A DNA stretch of 64,000 nucleotides from a virus (IMGVR_UViG_3300036398_002819:5067-69066), one strand, 5' to 3'. Positions 9,211-18,314 are shown, counted from the stretch's first letter. Notes: generated from the sequence alone by a model not told the origin. Numbers and translations are program-made.

Positions 9211-9266
9211 ATTATACAAAAAAAGGAGGTCTTGCGACCCCCTTGGTGGACAGTTTGAAAAGTGGA
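9211..9266 (-). promoter_or_regulatory. Second copy of box + hairpin + TATAAT cassette
   Basis: Minus strand tccacttttcaaactgtccacc-aagggggtc gcaa gacctcctttttt-gTATAAT. Confidence 0.65.
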
Positions 9267-9848
9267 TCAATTTGGGCGGCGCTTTTGCATCATAGCATCA
9301 TTTTTTTTATCACCAACACCAAGAACTGTCTTTGCAGCACCTTTTATGGTATGTCCTACAGGATCTGCAAGATTCCTTTGAAAATTTCTAGCACCCTGTT
9401 CAGGTGTTGTTCGTGGATTAGAAAGAAGTTTTCCGGCAAGTTTCGATGCTCCTACACTCAATCCCATACCTTCAATAATTGTTTGCTTCCACTCCTCACT
9501 CATAGCACCCATGATTGCTTCTGCGGATTTCTCATCAGATGCAAAACCTTCATCAAGAAGATAATCAACTAAAACTTCTTCACGAACTGAACGAGGATTA
9601 AAACCAGAAGATGATCCACTTCCACCCATCAAATGTTGGGAATAACCATAACCAGATGAACCTCTACTTGCTCTTGCTGCTTTTTCTTGCTCATATTTTT
9701 CAGCAGGAGTTAATGGTTTTTTATTTGCCTTTCTTGCCGCTGCTCTTTCTGCCTTTGCTGCATCTCTGTCAGCAATTTCTTTTTTTAATTGCTCAACAGT
9801 TTTTTTTGATTTTCTTCTTCTTGCTGGTCTTCCTTGATCTTCTACCAT
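9267..9848 (-). CDS. Late, probably head-internal protein
   Basis: TATAAATA at 9868-9875 upstream; basic segments plus DYLLDEGFA...AIMGAMSEEWKQTIIE module. Confidence 0.7.
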   Translation of the reverse strand: MVEDQGRPARRRKSKKTVEQLKKEIADRDAAKAERAAARKANKKPLTPAEKYEQEKAARASRGSSGYGYSQHLMGGSGSSSGFNPRSVREEVLVDYLLDEGFASDEKSAEAIMGAMSEEWKQTIIEGMGLSVGASKLAGKLLSNPRTTPEQGARNFQRNLADPVGHTIKGAAKTVLGVGDKKNDAMMQKRRPN

Positions 9849-9870
9849 TTTATCAAAACTTTTTAAGTAT

Positions 9871-10008
9871 TTATAAAAAAGAAGCGTCTCCGCTTTGGAG
9901 ACGCTTCTTGAGTGCTTGGCGTCGTGCCTTTGCTTGTCGGAGTGCTTGTGGTTTGAGTTTCCGCTTTTGCTCTTTTTTAGAGTGATGCTGCCAATTTGGA
10001 AGTTTCAT
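9871..10008 (-). CDS. Small basic protein (45 aa, not in ORF track)
   Basis: MKLPNWQHHSKKEQKRKLKPQALRQAKARRQALKKRLQSGDASFL*; starts 1 nt after the dehydrogenase stop. Confidence 0.7.
   Translation of the reverse strand: MKLPNWQHHSKKEQKRKLKPQALRQAKARRQALKKRLQSGDASFL
9875..9909 (-). terminator. Intrinsic terminator
   Basis: AAGAAGCGTCTCC-AAAGC-GGAGACGCTTC-TTTTTT on the minus strand. Confidence 0.85.
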
Positions 10009-10009
10009 T

Positions 10010-10798
10010 TTAGGTTACAGACCAGTCTATGACCGTGCGAATTTGTTGGTTATATGACCATACAGATTTTAGCATATCAGCGTTCACTCCGTTCGCTTCC
10101 ATCTGAACTATGAGGGAATTCAGATCTTTCGGGAAACAGGTGCCTCCAAATCCACGATCATTATCAATTCCGGGAACCTGTGCATGAGATTTACCAATTC
10201 TGCTGTCAGAAGTCACACCATCACAAACTGTTTCATAATTCATTCCAACTGCTTGACACATATCATACATCTTATTAAAGTATGCTACTTTAAAAGCAAG
10301 GAAACTATTGGCAAAATATTTAATTGCCTCACTTTCATCTGATGTAGTTATAACACTTGGAATTTCTGGAAATACAGTCTTAAAGAAATTTACAAACTGT
10401 TGACAAAGATTTTTATCTCCACCAACAACATTTCTTTCAGAATTTCTAAAATCTTCAACTGCGTTTCTAGCAGTCAAAAATTCTGGATTATGAATTACTT
10501 TATATTGTTTAGAATATTTTTTAGTTGTTCCAACAGGTACTGTTGATTTAATTATAAAAATACCATCAATAGATTTTGGAAGATTTTGAAAAAAATTATC
10601 TAAAATGGAAAGATCACACTCTCCAGTTGATTTCATAGGAGTTGGGAGGCAAACAAAAATAAATGCTTGCTTTAAAACTTCTTCCAATGTATTAAATGAT
10701 TTATTTTTATCAACATCAAAAACTTTACAAGTTACTTTGTCTCTTAAATTTTGATATACAGCATTTCCGACAAATCCGTTTCCAATAATTCCAATCAT
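10010..10798 (-). CDS. UDP-glucose/GDP-mannose dehydrogenase family protein (short form)
   Basis: Rossmann GIIGNGFVG, FVCLPTP, IKSTVPVG, HNPEFL, KYFANSFLAFK, catalytic GFGGTCFPKD. Confidence 0.9.
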   Translation of the reverse strand: MIGIIGNGFVGNAVYQNLRDKVTCKVFDVDKNKSFNTLEEVLKQAFIFVCLPTPMKSTGECDLSILDNFFQNLPKSIDGIFIIKSTVPVGTTKKYSKQYKVIHNPEFLTARNAVEDFRNSERNVVGGDKNLCQQFVNFFKTVFPEIPSVITTSDESEAIKYFANSFLAFKVAYFNKMYDMCQAVGMNYETVCDGVTSDSRIGKSHAQVPGIDNDRGFGGTCFPKDLNSLIVQMEANGVNADMLKSVWSYNQQIRTVIDWSVT

Positions 10799-12507
10799 AC
10801 GCTCATCCTACTAAATCCTTTTACTTTATCAAATTTTACCACATTTTGAAACTTATCTTCAAGTCCAGTCTTGTGAGAAATCACAAAAACATTAGCATCT
10901 TTAATCACATAACGAATAATCTTCAGGAACTCATCGGTTCCGAATCCATCAAGTGAAGAATCAAATACTTCATCCATAATTAGCAAATTAGTATTAACAG
11001 AATTTTTTAACTTAGCAACTTCTCTCCAAGTAAAAAGAAGTGATAGGTCAACTCTCATTTTCTCACCTTCCGAAAAAGATGAATATGAAAAGTTTTCATG
11101 AATTGGAGATTTAATTGTTTCATCAAATTCTTCGTTTAAATGGAAATTAATATAAAAATCCATCATTTGAAGATAACGATTCACCTGCTGATTTATGAAC
11201 GGAAGATACTTCTTGATTATCTTCGTTTTAACGCCATCATCCTTAAGTAAGGAGTAGGCAAAATCGTAATAAACGATTTGTTGTTTTTTATCTGAAAGAT
11301 CTTCGATTGTTTTTTGGAGATTTTCTTTGAATTCTTCTAGTTTCTCATGTTCAGTATTTCGGTTTTCAAGTTGTTCGGTAATTGTTTGAATTTCAGTTTC
11401 AAGATCTCGGATTTGTCTCTGGTTGAGGGAAATCCTAGTATTGTTTTGAGAAATCTCATGGTTGAGTTTCGTAATCTCCTTAGATAGAGCAATAAATTGA
11501 CGCTCTCGTTCATGTTCTATCTTTATAGTCTCTTCCAGGTCTTCATAACCTTTCTTGAGTTCCTTTGCTTTATTTTGAGCGTCTGTAATTCTATTTAACC
11601 GAAACTCTTCTTCAATTGTTTGAGTACAAGTAGGGCATACCGTATTTTCAGTAAAAAACTTATGCTCTTTCGTAATAACAGATACTTTCTGGGAGATTTT
11701 ACCTTTAAGGTTGTTTAGTTTTACTAACTTATCACCAGCACCAACAACTTCTTCCTGCTCCTTCGTATATTGAATAATACCTTCCTCGGTCTTAGCATTT
11801 TCAATCATATAAATGCCAACTTCTTTGTCTAGATTAGCAATCTTTTCTTTGTTGGCGTTTATATTGGCATTTCCACGATTCTCAAGTTCTTCAATAAAAC
11901 TTTCTTGCATACTAATTTTATCTTTAAGATTATCTCTTCTTAAATTTAAAGTTTTAATCTCTTCCTTCTCTTCTTTAATTTTTTCCTTTATGATACTTCC
12001 CATGGCAGAAAAAACACGAATGTCTAAAAGGTCTTCAATTACTTCACGACGATTTGAAGAGGTAAGTTGCATAAAGGGTACAAAATTACTACTACCCAAT
12101 ATCACAATTTGAGTAAAAGATTTATAATTTACTTTAAGAATGTTTTCTTCTAAGATTTTTTGATTAGCACGATCATCTGATTCTTTATGAAGAAGAACTC
12201 CATTTACTTCAATATCAAAAATATTTGGTTTAATTCCACGACGAACCAAATATTTTTTATTATTAACTGAGAATTCAATTTCAACTACACAATCCTTTTC
12301 ATTTACACTATTAACGAGTTGTGGTTTTGTAATTCCTCTAAAACTTTTATTAAAAAGGACGAATGTAAGGGCATCCAACATAGTTGACTTTCCTGCCCCA
12401 TTTGTACCAATTATAAGATTTGTACTACTTTTTTGAAAATCAATTTCGGTAAATTGGTTACCAGATGAGAGAAAATTTTTATATTTGATCTTATGAAATA
12501 ACAACAT
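10795..12507 (-). CDS. gp46: Recombination endonuclease ATPase subunit (T4 gp46, Rad50-like)
   Basis: GTNGAGKST, zinc hook CPTC, FSEGEK signature, LIMDEVFDSSLD. Confidence 0.97.
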   Translation of the reverse strand: MLLFHKIKYKNFLSSGNQFTEIDFQKSSTNLIIGTNGAGKSTMLDALTFVLFNKSFRGITKPQLVNSVNEKDCVVEIEFSVNNKKYLVRRGIKPNIFDIEVNGVLLHKESDDRANQKILEENILKVNYKSFTQIVILGSSNFVPFMQLTSSNRREVIEDLLDIRVFSAMGSIIKEKIKEEKEEIKTLNLRRDNLKDKISMQESFIEELENRGNANINANKEKIANLDKEVGIYMIENAKTEEGIIQYTKEQEEVVGAGDKLVKLNNLKGKISQKVSVITKEHKFFTENTVCPTCTQTIEEEFRLNRITDAQNKAKELKKGYEDLEETIKIEHERERQFIALSKEITKLNHEISQNNTRISLNQRQIRDLETEIQTITEQLENRNTEHEKLEEFKENLQKTIEDLSDKKQQIVYYDFAYSLLKDDGVKTKIIKKYLPFINQQVNRYLQMMDFYINFHLNEEFDETIKSPIHENFSYSSFSEGEKMRVDLSLLFTWREVAKLKNSVNTNLLIMDEVFDSSLDGFGTDEFLKIIRYVIKDANVFVISHKTGLEDKFQNVVKFDKVKGFSRMSV

Positions 12508-12760
12508 TTTTAGGAGGGATTACAATATCATCGGGGGTAATTATAGAATACTTGTAATTATACATTTTACAAGTTTTTATGGCGAGTTCAGCATCAACTT
12601 CAACTACATCCATCTCAGCATCTTCTTGGTCTTCTAACATTAAAGCATATCGAGTAGCATCATCTTCTTCCTCAAAAAGAAATAAAACTTTATGCCCATA
12701 CTGATCTTGGACAGCATATGCTCCATCATCTTTTCTATCTTTAAGAGTTAGAAGAAACAT
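12491..12760 (-). CDS. Conserved hypothetical protein between gp47 and gp46
   Basis: 89-aa ORF, LFLFEEEDDATRYA, tightly packed with its neighbours. Confidence 0.75.
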   Translation of the reverse strand: MFLLTLKDRKDDGAYAVQDQYGHKVLFLFEEEDDATRYALMLEDQEDAEMDVVEVDAELAIKTCKMYNYKYSIITPDDIVIPPKNVVIS

Positions 12761-12761
12761 T

Positions 12762-13802
12762 TTACTCTACTTGCGATGCTTGCTGATAAAGATCTTGAAT
12801 GATCGTTTTAATAATAGTTTTATCAAGGTTAAATTCAGAATCATCTATATAACGATTTAATACAGAAAGAGTATTTTCGTCTTCATCTATTTGAAAATCT
12901 TCATTTTCCTGAATTTCAAAGTTTTCAATAATTTTTAATTCTTGAACACCAACATTATAAAATTTATCAATAAATTTTTCAAAATCTTTTGGTTTAGATT
13001 TTTTACGAACAATTACTTTGACAATTTTGTTTTGATACTCTGTTGCATCAAATAATTGATATGGAGTATCTTCATAATAAATGTTATAAAATAATTTATA
13101 AGGATTATTAATTGGAGTGTGCTCTAATGTTTCTGTATCAAAAATATGGAAACCACGAGTGTCATTCACATCAGTCCAATACATTTCATAGGGATTTCCT
13201 AAGTAGAAGATTGTTCCATTAGTCGATCGAGTGTGATAATGTCCCGAGTAGACCCTATCGAACTTGTCAAATAATTCGCTCTCCAAACCATGTTCCATGA
13301 TGAGTTGTCGATTAACTCTAAATCCTTGACATTCAAGGTGCCCCATCGCACACTTGCAAGTCGTCTTTTCAATAAGTTTAAAAGTAAGTTCTTCATTTTC
13401 TTGATTAATCCAGGGTAAAAATAAAATATTCAATCCACCAAGATTTACTTCAGTTGGTTTACTATAAGTTTTAATATTTGAATAAGTTTGAAGAAGAAGT
13501 TCTGGAGAATTTACGTTATTAGTATTCTTAAAATATACATCATGGTTTCCTGTGACCAAATGTATGTTTATTCCCATTTCAGCAGCAGGGTCAAACACAA
13601 CCCGTTTAGACCACTCTAATGCTTTAAAATCTATAGATTTTCTATTATCAAAACAATCTCCCATATGAATAATTGTTTTGATATTCTTTTCATTTAAAGT
13701 TGGAAAGAATACATTTTTATAAAATAATTCAAAATAATCGTGAAGATGTTGGGAAGTCTTTTTTGCACCGTAATGTGTATCACAAATTAAACCCACCTTC
13801 AC
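12762..13802 (-). CDS. gp47: Recombination endonuclease nuclease subunit (T4 gp47, Mre11-like)
   Basis: Metallophosphoesterase motifs DTHYG, GDCFDNR, GNHD, GHLE, SGHYH. Confidence 0.97.
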   Translation of the reverse strand: MKVGLICDTHYGAKKTSQHLHDYFELFYKNVFFPTLNEKNIKTIIHMGDCFDNRKSIDFKALEWSKRVVFDPAAEMGINIHLVTGNHDVYFKNTNNVNSPELLLQTYSNIKTYSKPTEVNLGGLNILFLPWINQENEELTFKLIEKTTCKCAMGHLECQGFRVNRQLIMEHGLESELFDKFDRVYSGHYHTRSTNGTIFYLGNPYEMYWTDVNDTRGFHIFDTETLEHTPINNPYKLFYNIYYEDTPYQLFDATEYQNKIVKVIVRKKSKPKDFEKFIDKFYNVGVQELKIIENFEIQENEDFQIDEDENTLSVLNRYIDDSEFNLDKTIIKTIIQDLYQQASQVE

Positions 13803-14434
13803 TTTTGTTGTCTCCTACTATTTTCTTTTGCGGTTTTCATAAGATGCTCTTCGCGTGTAATAATTTGAAGATTGTTGGGATGATGCAACCCACCCTCAAA
13901 TAAGGGAATAATGTGATCTACATCATACTGCATACCAGTAGTAAAAGTCAAGTGTTGTGCTTGCTGATATATGTCCTGAATTTGACGAAGTTCTTCTTCA
14001 GTAATTTCTATCGGTATTCCTTGTTTTAATCTAGCAAATCTTCTTCTTTGTTTTTCACAATTTACTGCTTTTCCTCTTTCACTTTTAGAATATTTTCTTT
14101 TAATTGAATTTACTAACTCTCTATTATCCTCATAATATTTTTGTTTCTTTTCTTTTGTTCTATAAGAAGACATCAACTCTTTATTGTTAAGTTTTTCCAA
14201 TCCCTTTGATATAGCACAAGGGACACAGTTATAACTACTCACATATTTTTCATAACTACCACAATGTTTACAAGCAGTAGAACCAATATAAGTTTTTTTA
14301 CCTTCCTCAATTGCTTTCTCCCGAGCAGCACTTTTTTGAGTATACCCTTTTAATTTTGCCCTTTCTTTATTCTTCAATAGATTTTCCGCCATTATTTTTT
14401 TTCGTTCTTCTGGCGTGTATTTTGGTTTAGTCAT
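13799..14434 (-). mobile_element. Free-standing HNH homing endonuclease
   Basis: CKHCG...CVPC zinc finger and C-terminal YDVDHIIPL..GGLHHPNNLQII..EEH HNH motif; sits between gp55 and gp47; ATG at 14434 follows GGAG. Confidence 0.9.
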
Positions 14435-14439
14435 ATCTA

Positions 14440-14488
14440 TTTCTAACTCCAAAGTATATAATTATTTATAACATTTAGGAGTTAGAAA
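14440..14488 (-). promoter_or_regulatory. Late promoter within an RBS-sequestering hairpin
   Basis: Inverted repeat tttctaactcc (14440-14450) / ggagttagaaa (14478-14488) flanking TATAAATA (14463-14470). Confidence 0.8.
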
Positions 14489-14491
14489 AAG

Positions 14492-15007
14492 TTACTTATT
14501 TCTATATTGAATAGCATCTTTAATACTGTTGTATTCACTACTATGCCCAGAAAGCAAGCTATCGTCAACCATCATAACCTCATCAAAACCAGTCTTTTCA
14601 ATAATTTTAGATTTAATTTCTAATTGACGTTTTTCTTTACCAATTCTTCTTATAAAAGCATAATGAATAATTTGAGTAAAGTATGAAAATGGATTTGTTG
14701 ATTTTTCTGGGTCAAAGTTATGAATATACTGAACACAATTTTCTATACCATCAGAAATCATATCCTCACGGAACATATAATTTACAAAATTTGGTTTATA
14801 TGAAAGATGTGTAGCGATCTTTAAAAAACATTCTCCAATATAATTTGGAATTGGAGGTTTTCCTTCCCAATGCTTTCCCCTATCCTCTCTAGTTGGAGAT
14901 CTATTATTTCTCTTAATAAATTCTTCTTCTACTTTTTTCCTATAAACAATTAAAGACTCTAAAAATTCTTTATTGTTAACATAATGTTCTGACTTTGCTT
15001 TAGACAT
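14492..15007 (-). CDS. gp55: Late sigma factor (T4 gp55)
   Basis: HYVNNKEF, YIGECFLKIA, NYMFREDMISDGIENC, NPFSYFTQI. Confidence 0.97.
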   Translation of the reverse strand: MSKAKSEHYVNNKEFLESLIVYRKKVEEEFIKRNNRSPTREDRGKHWEGKPPIPNYIGECFLKIATHLSYKPNFVNYMFREDMISDGIENCVQYIHNFDPEKSTNPFSYFTQIIHYAFIRRIGKEKRQLEIKSKIIEKTGFDEVMMVDDSLLSGHSSEYNSIKDAIQYRNK

Positions 15008-15044
15008 AAAATTAATTTATATTCGATTTAGAAATATTATGTCT

Positions 15045-15074
15045 ATTATAGCACAGAATAAAAAACTTGACATA
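15045..15074 (-). promoter_or_regulatory. Extended -10 promoter for gp55
   Basis: Minus strand TGTGCTATAAT upstream of gp55. Confidence 0.55.
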
Positions 15075-15095
15075 AGACTCAAAACCATGTAGACT
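15067..15095 (+). promoter_or_regulatory. Antisense-oriented sigma70 promoter
   Basis: TTGACA (15067-72), 17 nt, TAGACT (15090-95) on the plus strand. Confidence 0.65.
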
Positions 15096-15122
15096 ACCTT
15101 TGTCCCGGTTGAAGATGAGGCT

Positions 15123-15530
15123 TTAGCTTTCTTTAATACCCTTAAAGATTCTTTCGAGTTTCTTTCGAGCATCTTCAACAGAAGAAAGATATCCCATTTT
15201 TGATGATGGTTTTACTTGTCCTCCAGGTTGATAAGTTTCAATGCTATTATCATCTTCGATATAATTATTGTAGATGTCAATCATTTTATTGTCTTTAGTT
15301 TCTGTCATTGTAATAATTTTATCAAGTTTTATAATAAAGAAATCATCATCCGACATTTCCATCCATGATTTAACTTTAATATATGTTCCCTGATGATTTG
15401 TAATCATTTTCATAGTGATTGGATTTTGGAGAACTAAAACTGGATCTCCATCATTTTCATCTACCATGACTAAAGACATAATCTCTTCACCAGAAACTAA
15501 TTTTATGATTGCGTAAAAATCTTCTCCCAT
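15123..15530 (-). CDS. Conserved T4-like core hypothetical (Sm-like fold) between uvsW and gp55
   Basis: IIKLVSGEEI...LQNPI...W motif and conserved position. Confidence 0.75.
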   Translation of the reverse strand: MGEDFYAIIKLVSGEEIMSLVMVDENDGDPVLVLQNPITMKMITNHQGTYIKVKSWMEMSDDDFFIIKLDKIITMTETKDNKMIDIYNNYIEDDNSIETYQPGGQVKPSSKMGYLSSVEDARKKLERIFKGIKES

Positions 15531-16993
15531 TAGTTTTTAAAAGGTATGTTTACAATGTCATAGTTGAAATTTTCTTCATTATAGACTTTAATCCTTTCGA
15601 TTAAGTGATTAAGAGTATAATTCTTTCTTGATTTATAACTGATATCATCGGCAATGTCATATAAAGTTGCTTTTGTCTTATTATTTCCTTTTCTTAGGAC
15701 TCTACCAATTGATTGGAGATTACGGATTCTAGACTTCGAAGGTGATGCAAAAATAACATTATGTAAATTCTTGATGTTAATTCCTGTACTAAACGTTCCA
15801 TAGGATGCCACAATAATCGCATTATTTTCCTTTTCAGTAATTTCTCTTACTTTCTCACGATTTTCAGTATCAACTCCACCATGCACAAAAAATACATGAC
15901 GATCATCATTAGTACTCTTATTTATTAATTCATATAAAGGTTGACCGTGACCTTCAACACGGGCAAAGAGAATCAAAGTGTTTCCTTTGAGATCAAGAGC
16001 AAGATTCTTGATAAACTTATTTCTTTTTTCGTGATTGATGATATACTGGACTTCATCTTCAAAAGTCTCAAAACGATTCGGTGGGTGTTTCAATAGAAGA
16101 ATGTTGATGTCTAATGTGGCAACGTGACCTTTCTTCATTAACTCATCAGTTTTAATAATCTTATATGAAGGACCAAATAAACCCTCTAAAACCCACTTAT
16201 GAGTTTGACTTCCATCAAGTGTTCCTGTAAATCCGAAACGATATTTACAATCAGAAAGTTTTGTCATTATAGATACTAATGACTTTGATTTAAACTGGTG
16301 TGCTTCATCTCCTACGACCACATTAAATCTTGAGAAATATTGTCGAGGAAGTTTGTAGATGGACTGCCAGGTAGTAATGATTACCTGAGAGTCTGTTTCT
16401 CTTTCTTTCCCAGCATAAATCTTGTGGCAGTATGACCCCACATCAAACCCATAATCTTCAAAATCTTTATACATCTGCTCTACAAGGGATGTCGTTGGGA
16501 CAACTACGAGAATATTTTGTCCTTTCTCAACGTAGTATCGGACAATCGAATATATCATCAATGACTTTCCAGAAGCAGTTGGAGATATCAACAACTTTCT
16601 ATTATGTCTTAAAGCGTCGTATACTCCCTCAACTTGGTAATCGCGGGGAGAGTACTTGCAAATAGAATTCATATAATCTTTTACACCTTCCTTTGAGATA
16701 TTCTCATTTATCTCAAATGGAAGACCATAATACTTATTGTTTCGAAACTCATAAGTGTAATCGTGTTGTTCACAAAATCTTATGAGTTTATCTAATAGAC
16801 CAACATATATTTCTTGCGTATTGATATTGAACAGGTGAATGTAACCATCCCACCACTTATTCTTGTAAGCAGGTGCAAACTTGGCGTTTGGTACTTCAAA
16901 TTGAAATGCGTCTCTTAATTCATAGTAGACGTGTGGTTCTGCTTCAACTTGAAGAAATACCTCATTCTTCTTTGAAATAATCAAATGTGACAT
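15530..16993 (-). CDS. uvsW: RNA-DNA/DNA helicase UvsW
   Basis: PRDYQ, SPTASGKS, GDEAH, GFTGT, QSIGRVLR. Confidence 0.97.
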   Translation of the reverse strand: MSHLIISKKNEVFLQVEAEPHVYYELRDAFQFEVPNAKFAPAYKNKWWDGYIHLFNINTQEIYVGLLDKLIRFCEQHDYTYEFRNNKYYGLPFEINENISKEGVKDYMNSICKYSPRDYQVEGVYDALRHNRKLLISPTASGKSLMIYSIVRYYVEKGQNILVVVPTTSLVEQMYKDFEDYGFDVGSYCHKIYAGKERETDSQVIITTWQSIYKLPRQYFSRFNVVVGDEAHQFKSKSLVSIMTKLSDCKYRFGFTGTLDGSQTHKWVLEGLFGPSYKIIKTDELMKKGHVATLDINILLLKHPPNRFETFEDEVQYIINHEKRNKFIKNLALDLKGNTLILFARVEGHGQPLYELINKSTNDDRHVFFVHGGVDTENREKVREITEKENNAIIVASYGTFSTGINIKNLHNVIFASPSKSRIRNLQSIGRVLRKGNNKTKATLYDIADDISYKSRKNYTLNHLIERIKVYNEENFNYDIVNIPFKN

Positions 16994-17026
16994 TCATAAC
17001 ATATCAGTTATGATTATTTATTTCTG

Positions 17027-17458
17027 TTAATTAAACCCCGCTTGGAAACGATTCCATTCAATTGCATTCTTGATTTGAAAAGTTCTATTGGAAACTGTCT
17101 TGATAATCTCCTCAAGAAACTTCAACATAATGTCATAGTATCTAATTTTAAGGTCTATTTTATTCAGTCTCTCATCAGCGTCTAGATGCCTCTGTAACGC
17201 CTCTTTGTCTCTAACTTTATATGGGAATGGTTCTTCAACATAAACCTCTGCTGGTGCCTTTCCTGTATAGTAGTTGTATCTTTCTAGTTTGACCCTACTA
17301 TAAGTTTCTCTTGCCTTTTCTCTAAGAAGAGTAATTGTATTGTATATGGTATAATATTTGGAATGAAGTTGTGGAATTTTTAAAGATTCATCGTGCAAAT
17401 TATCAGGATCAATGACAGAATCTCTCTGCCACATCTCCTGGATTTCATCAAGTGTCAT
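17027..17458 (-). CDS. uvsY: Recombination mediator UvsY
   Basis: ESLKIPQLHSKY, NRTFQIKNAIEW. Confidence 0.93.
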   Translation of the reverse strand: MTLDEIQEMWQRDSVIDPDNLHDESLKIPQLHSKYYTIYNTITLLREKARETYSRVKLERYNYYTGKAPAEVYVEEPFPYKVRDKEALQRHLDADERLNKIDLKIRYYDIMLKFLEEIIKTVSNRTFQIKNAIEWNRFQAGFN

Positions 17459-18000
17459 AAAGGTTTGTTTTGCATATTTAAGATGTTATAGATAGTATAC
17501 TTGAAAGACACCTCTGCTGTAAAGTAATTAATATCAGTATCCGTAGCAGTAAAATCCAAAGAAGTTAAAGAAACTGGAAATAAATCTTTAAATCTAACTT
17601 GAACCTTGGGATTATAGTTGCTGTTTAATATAATCAAAGTAGCATCACTAAAAAAATTCAAAGGATCTGAAACACCAGATTCCATCAATTTATCATCAAA
17701 TTGTTTAGGTGTTTCTGGAAATCCAAGTGCAGTTAACCAGTTATGAATTGTTGTATAATTAACTAGATCTTCATCAACTAAAAATCTTAATTTTAAATCT
17801 TCATACTCTAATTGATCTCCAGGAACATCTATCCTTTTTAAATAAGTTGATTGTGTCTCAGTTTGTAAAGTTATTTGAGGTATTTTTGCAGAATTGCAGA
17901 AAAATGAAACTTTTGGATACTTAGATAAGGTAAATTGAAACCCTACAGGAGATAAAAAGTTTCTATTTGATATTTGTTTAGCAAATGGAGAAGTTGCCAT
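17455..18000 (-). CDS. gp3: Tail completion / tube terminator (T4 gp3)
   Basis: NFLSPVGFQF, PGDQLEYEDL..FLVDEDLVNY, DATLIILNSN, FKDLFPVSL. Confidence 0.92.
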   Translation of the reverse strand: MATSPFAKQISNRNFLSPVGFQFTLSKYPKVSFFCNSAKIPQITLQTETQSTYLKRIDVPGDQLEYEDLKLRFLVDEDLVNYTTIHNWLTALGFPETPKQFDDKLMESGVSDPLNFFSDATLIILNSNYNPKVQVRFKDLFPVSLTSLDFTATDTDINYFTAEVSFKYTIYNILNMQNKPL

Positions 18001-18004
18001 TATT

Positions 18005-18241
18005 TTATTGAGGGGAGAACATAGTGCTTCCAACAAATCTCTTTACAAATTTATCAGAATAAGATGAATTTTGTTTTGGATTTTGTTTTTTTGGTTTTAG
18101 AGATGAAATAGGAGAAGGCCCTGCAACTCTCATAGCAGATTGAATATTTTTTTGAACCGTTGGATCACTAAGTTTATATACGCTATTTGGACTTATTGGA
18201 TCTCCAACTGCTTCATTCATGAATTGTTGAAAAGTTTTCAT
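18005..18241 (-). CDS. Small internal head protein with capsid-targeting-like N-terminus
   Basis: MKTFQQFMNE|A resembles the T4 IPIII capsid targeting sequence MKTYQEFIAE; CTAAATA late motif upstream. Confidence 0.7.
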   Translation of the reverse strand: MKTFQQFMNEAVGDPISPNSVYKLSDPTVQKNIQSAMRVAGPSPISSLKPKKQNPKQNSSYSDKFVKRFVGSTMFSPQ

Positions 18242-18268
18242 TCTTTTTATTTTTATTTTTATTTAGAT

Positions 18269-18294
18269 AAAAAAAGACCCCCTTTCGGGGGTCT
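18269..18294 (-). terminator. Intrinsic terminator after gp23
   Basis: AGACCCCC-GAAA-GGGGGTC-TTTTTTT. Confidence 0.92.
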
Positions 18295-18314
18295 GATAGA
18301 TATGGGAATCGAGA

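Noticed and set aside
7201-9258. Several plus-strand ORFs (117, 100, 221 and 141 aa)
   Set aside because: All antisense to the well-supported vWA gene, with shadow-like composition.
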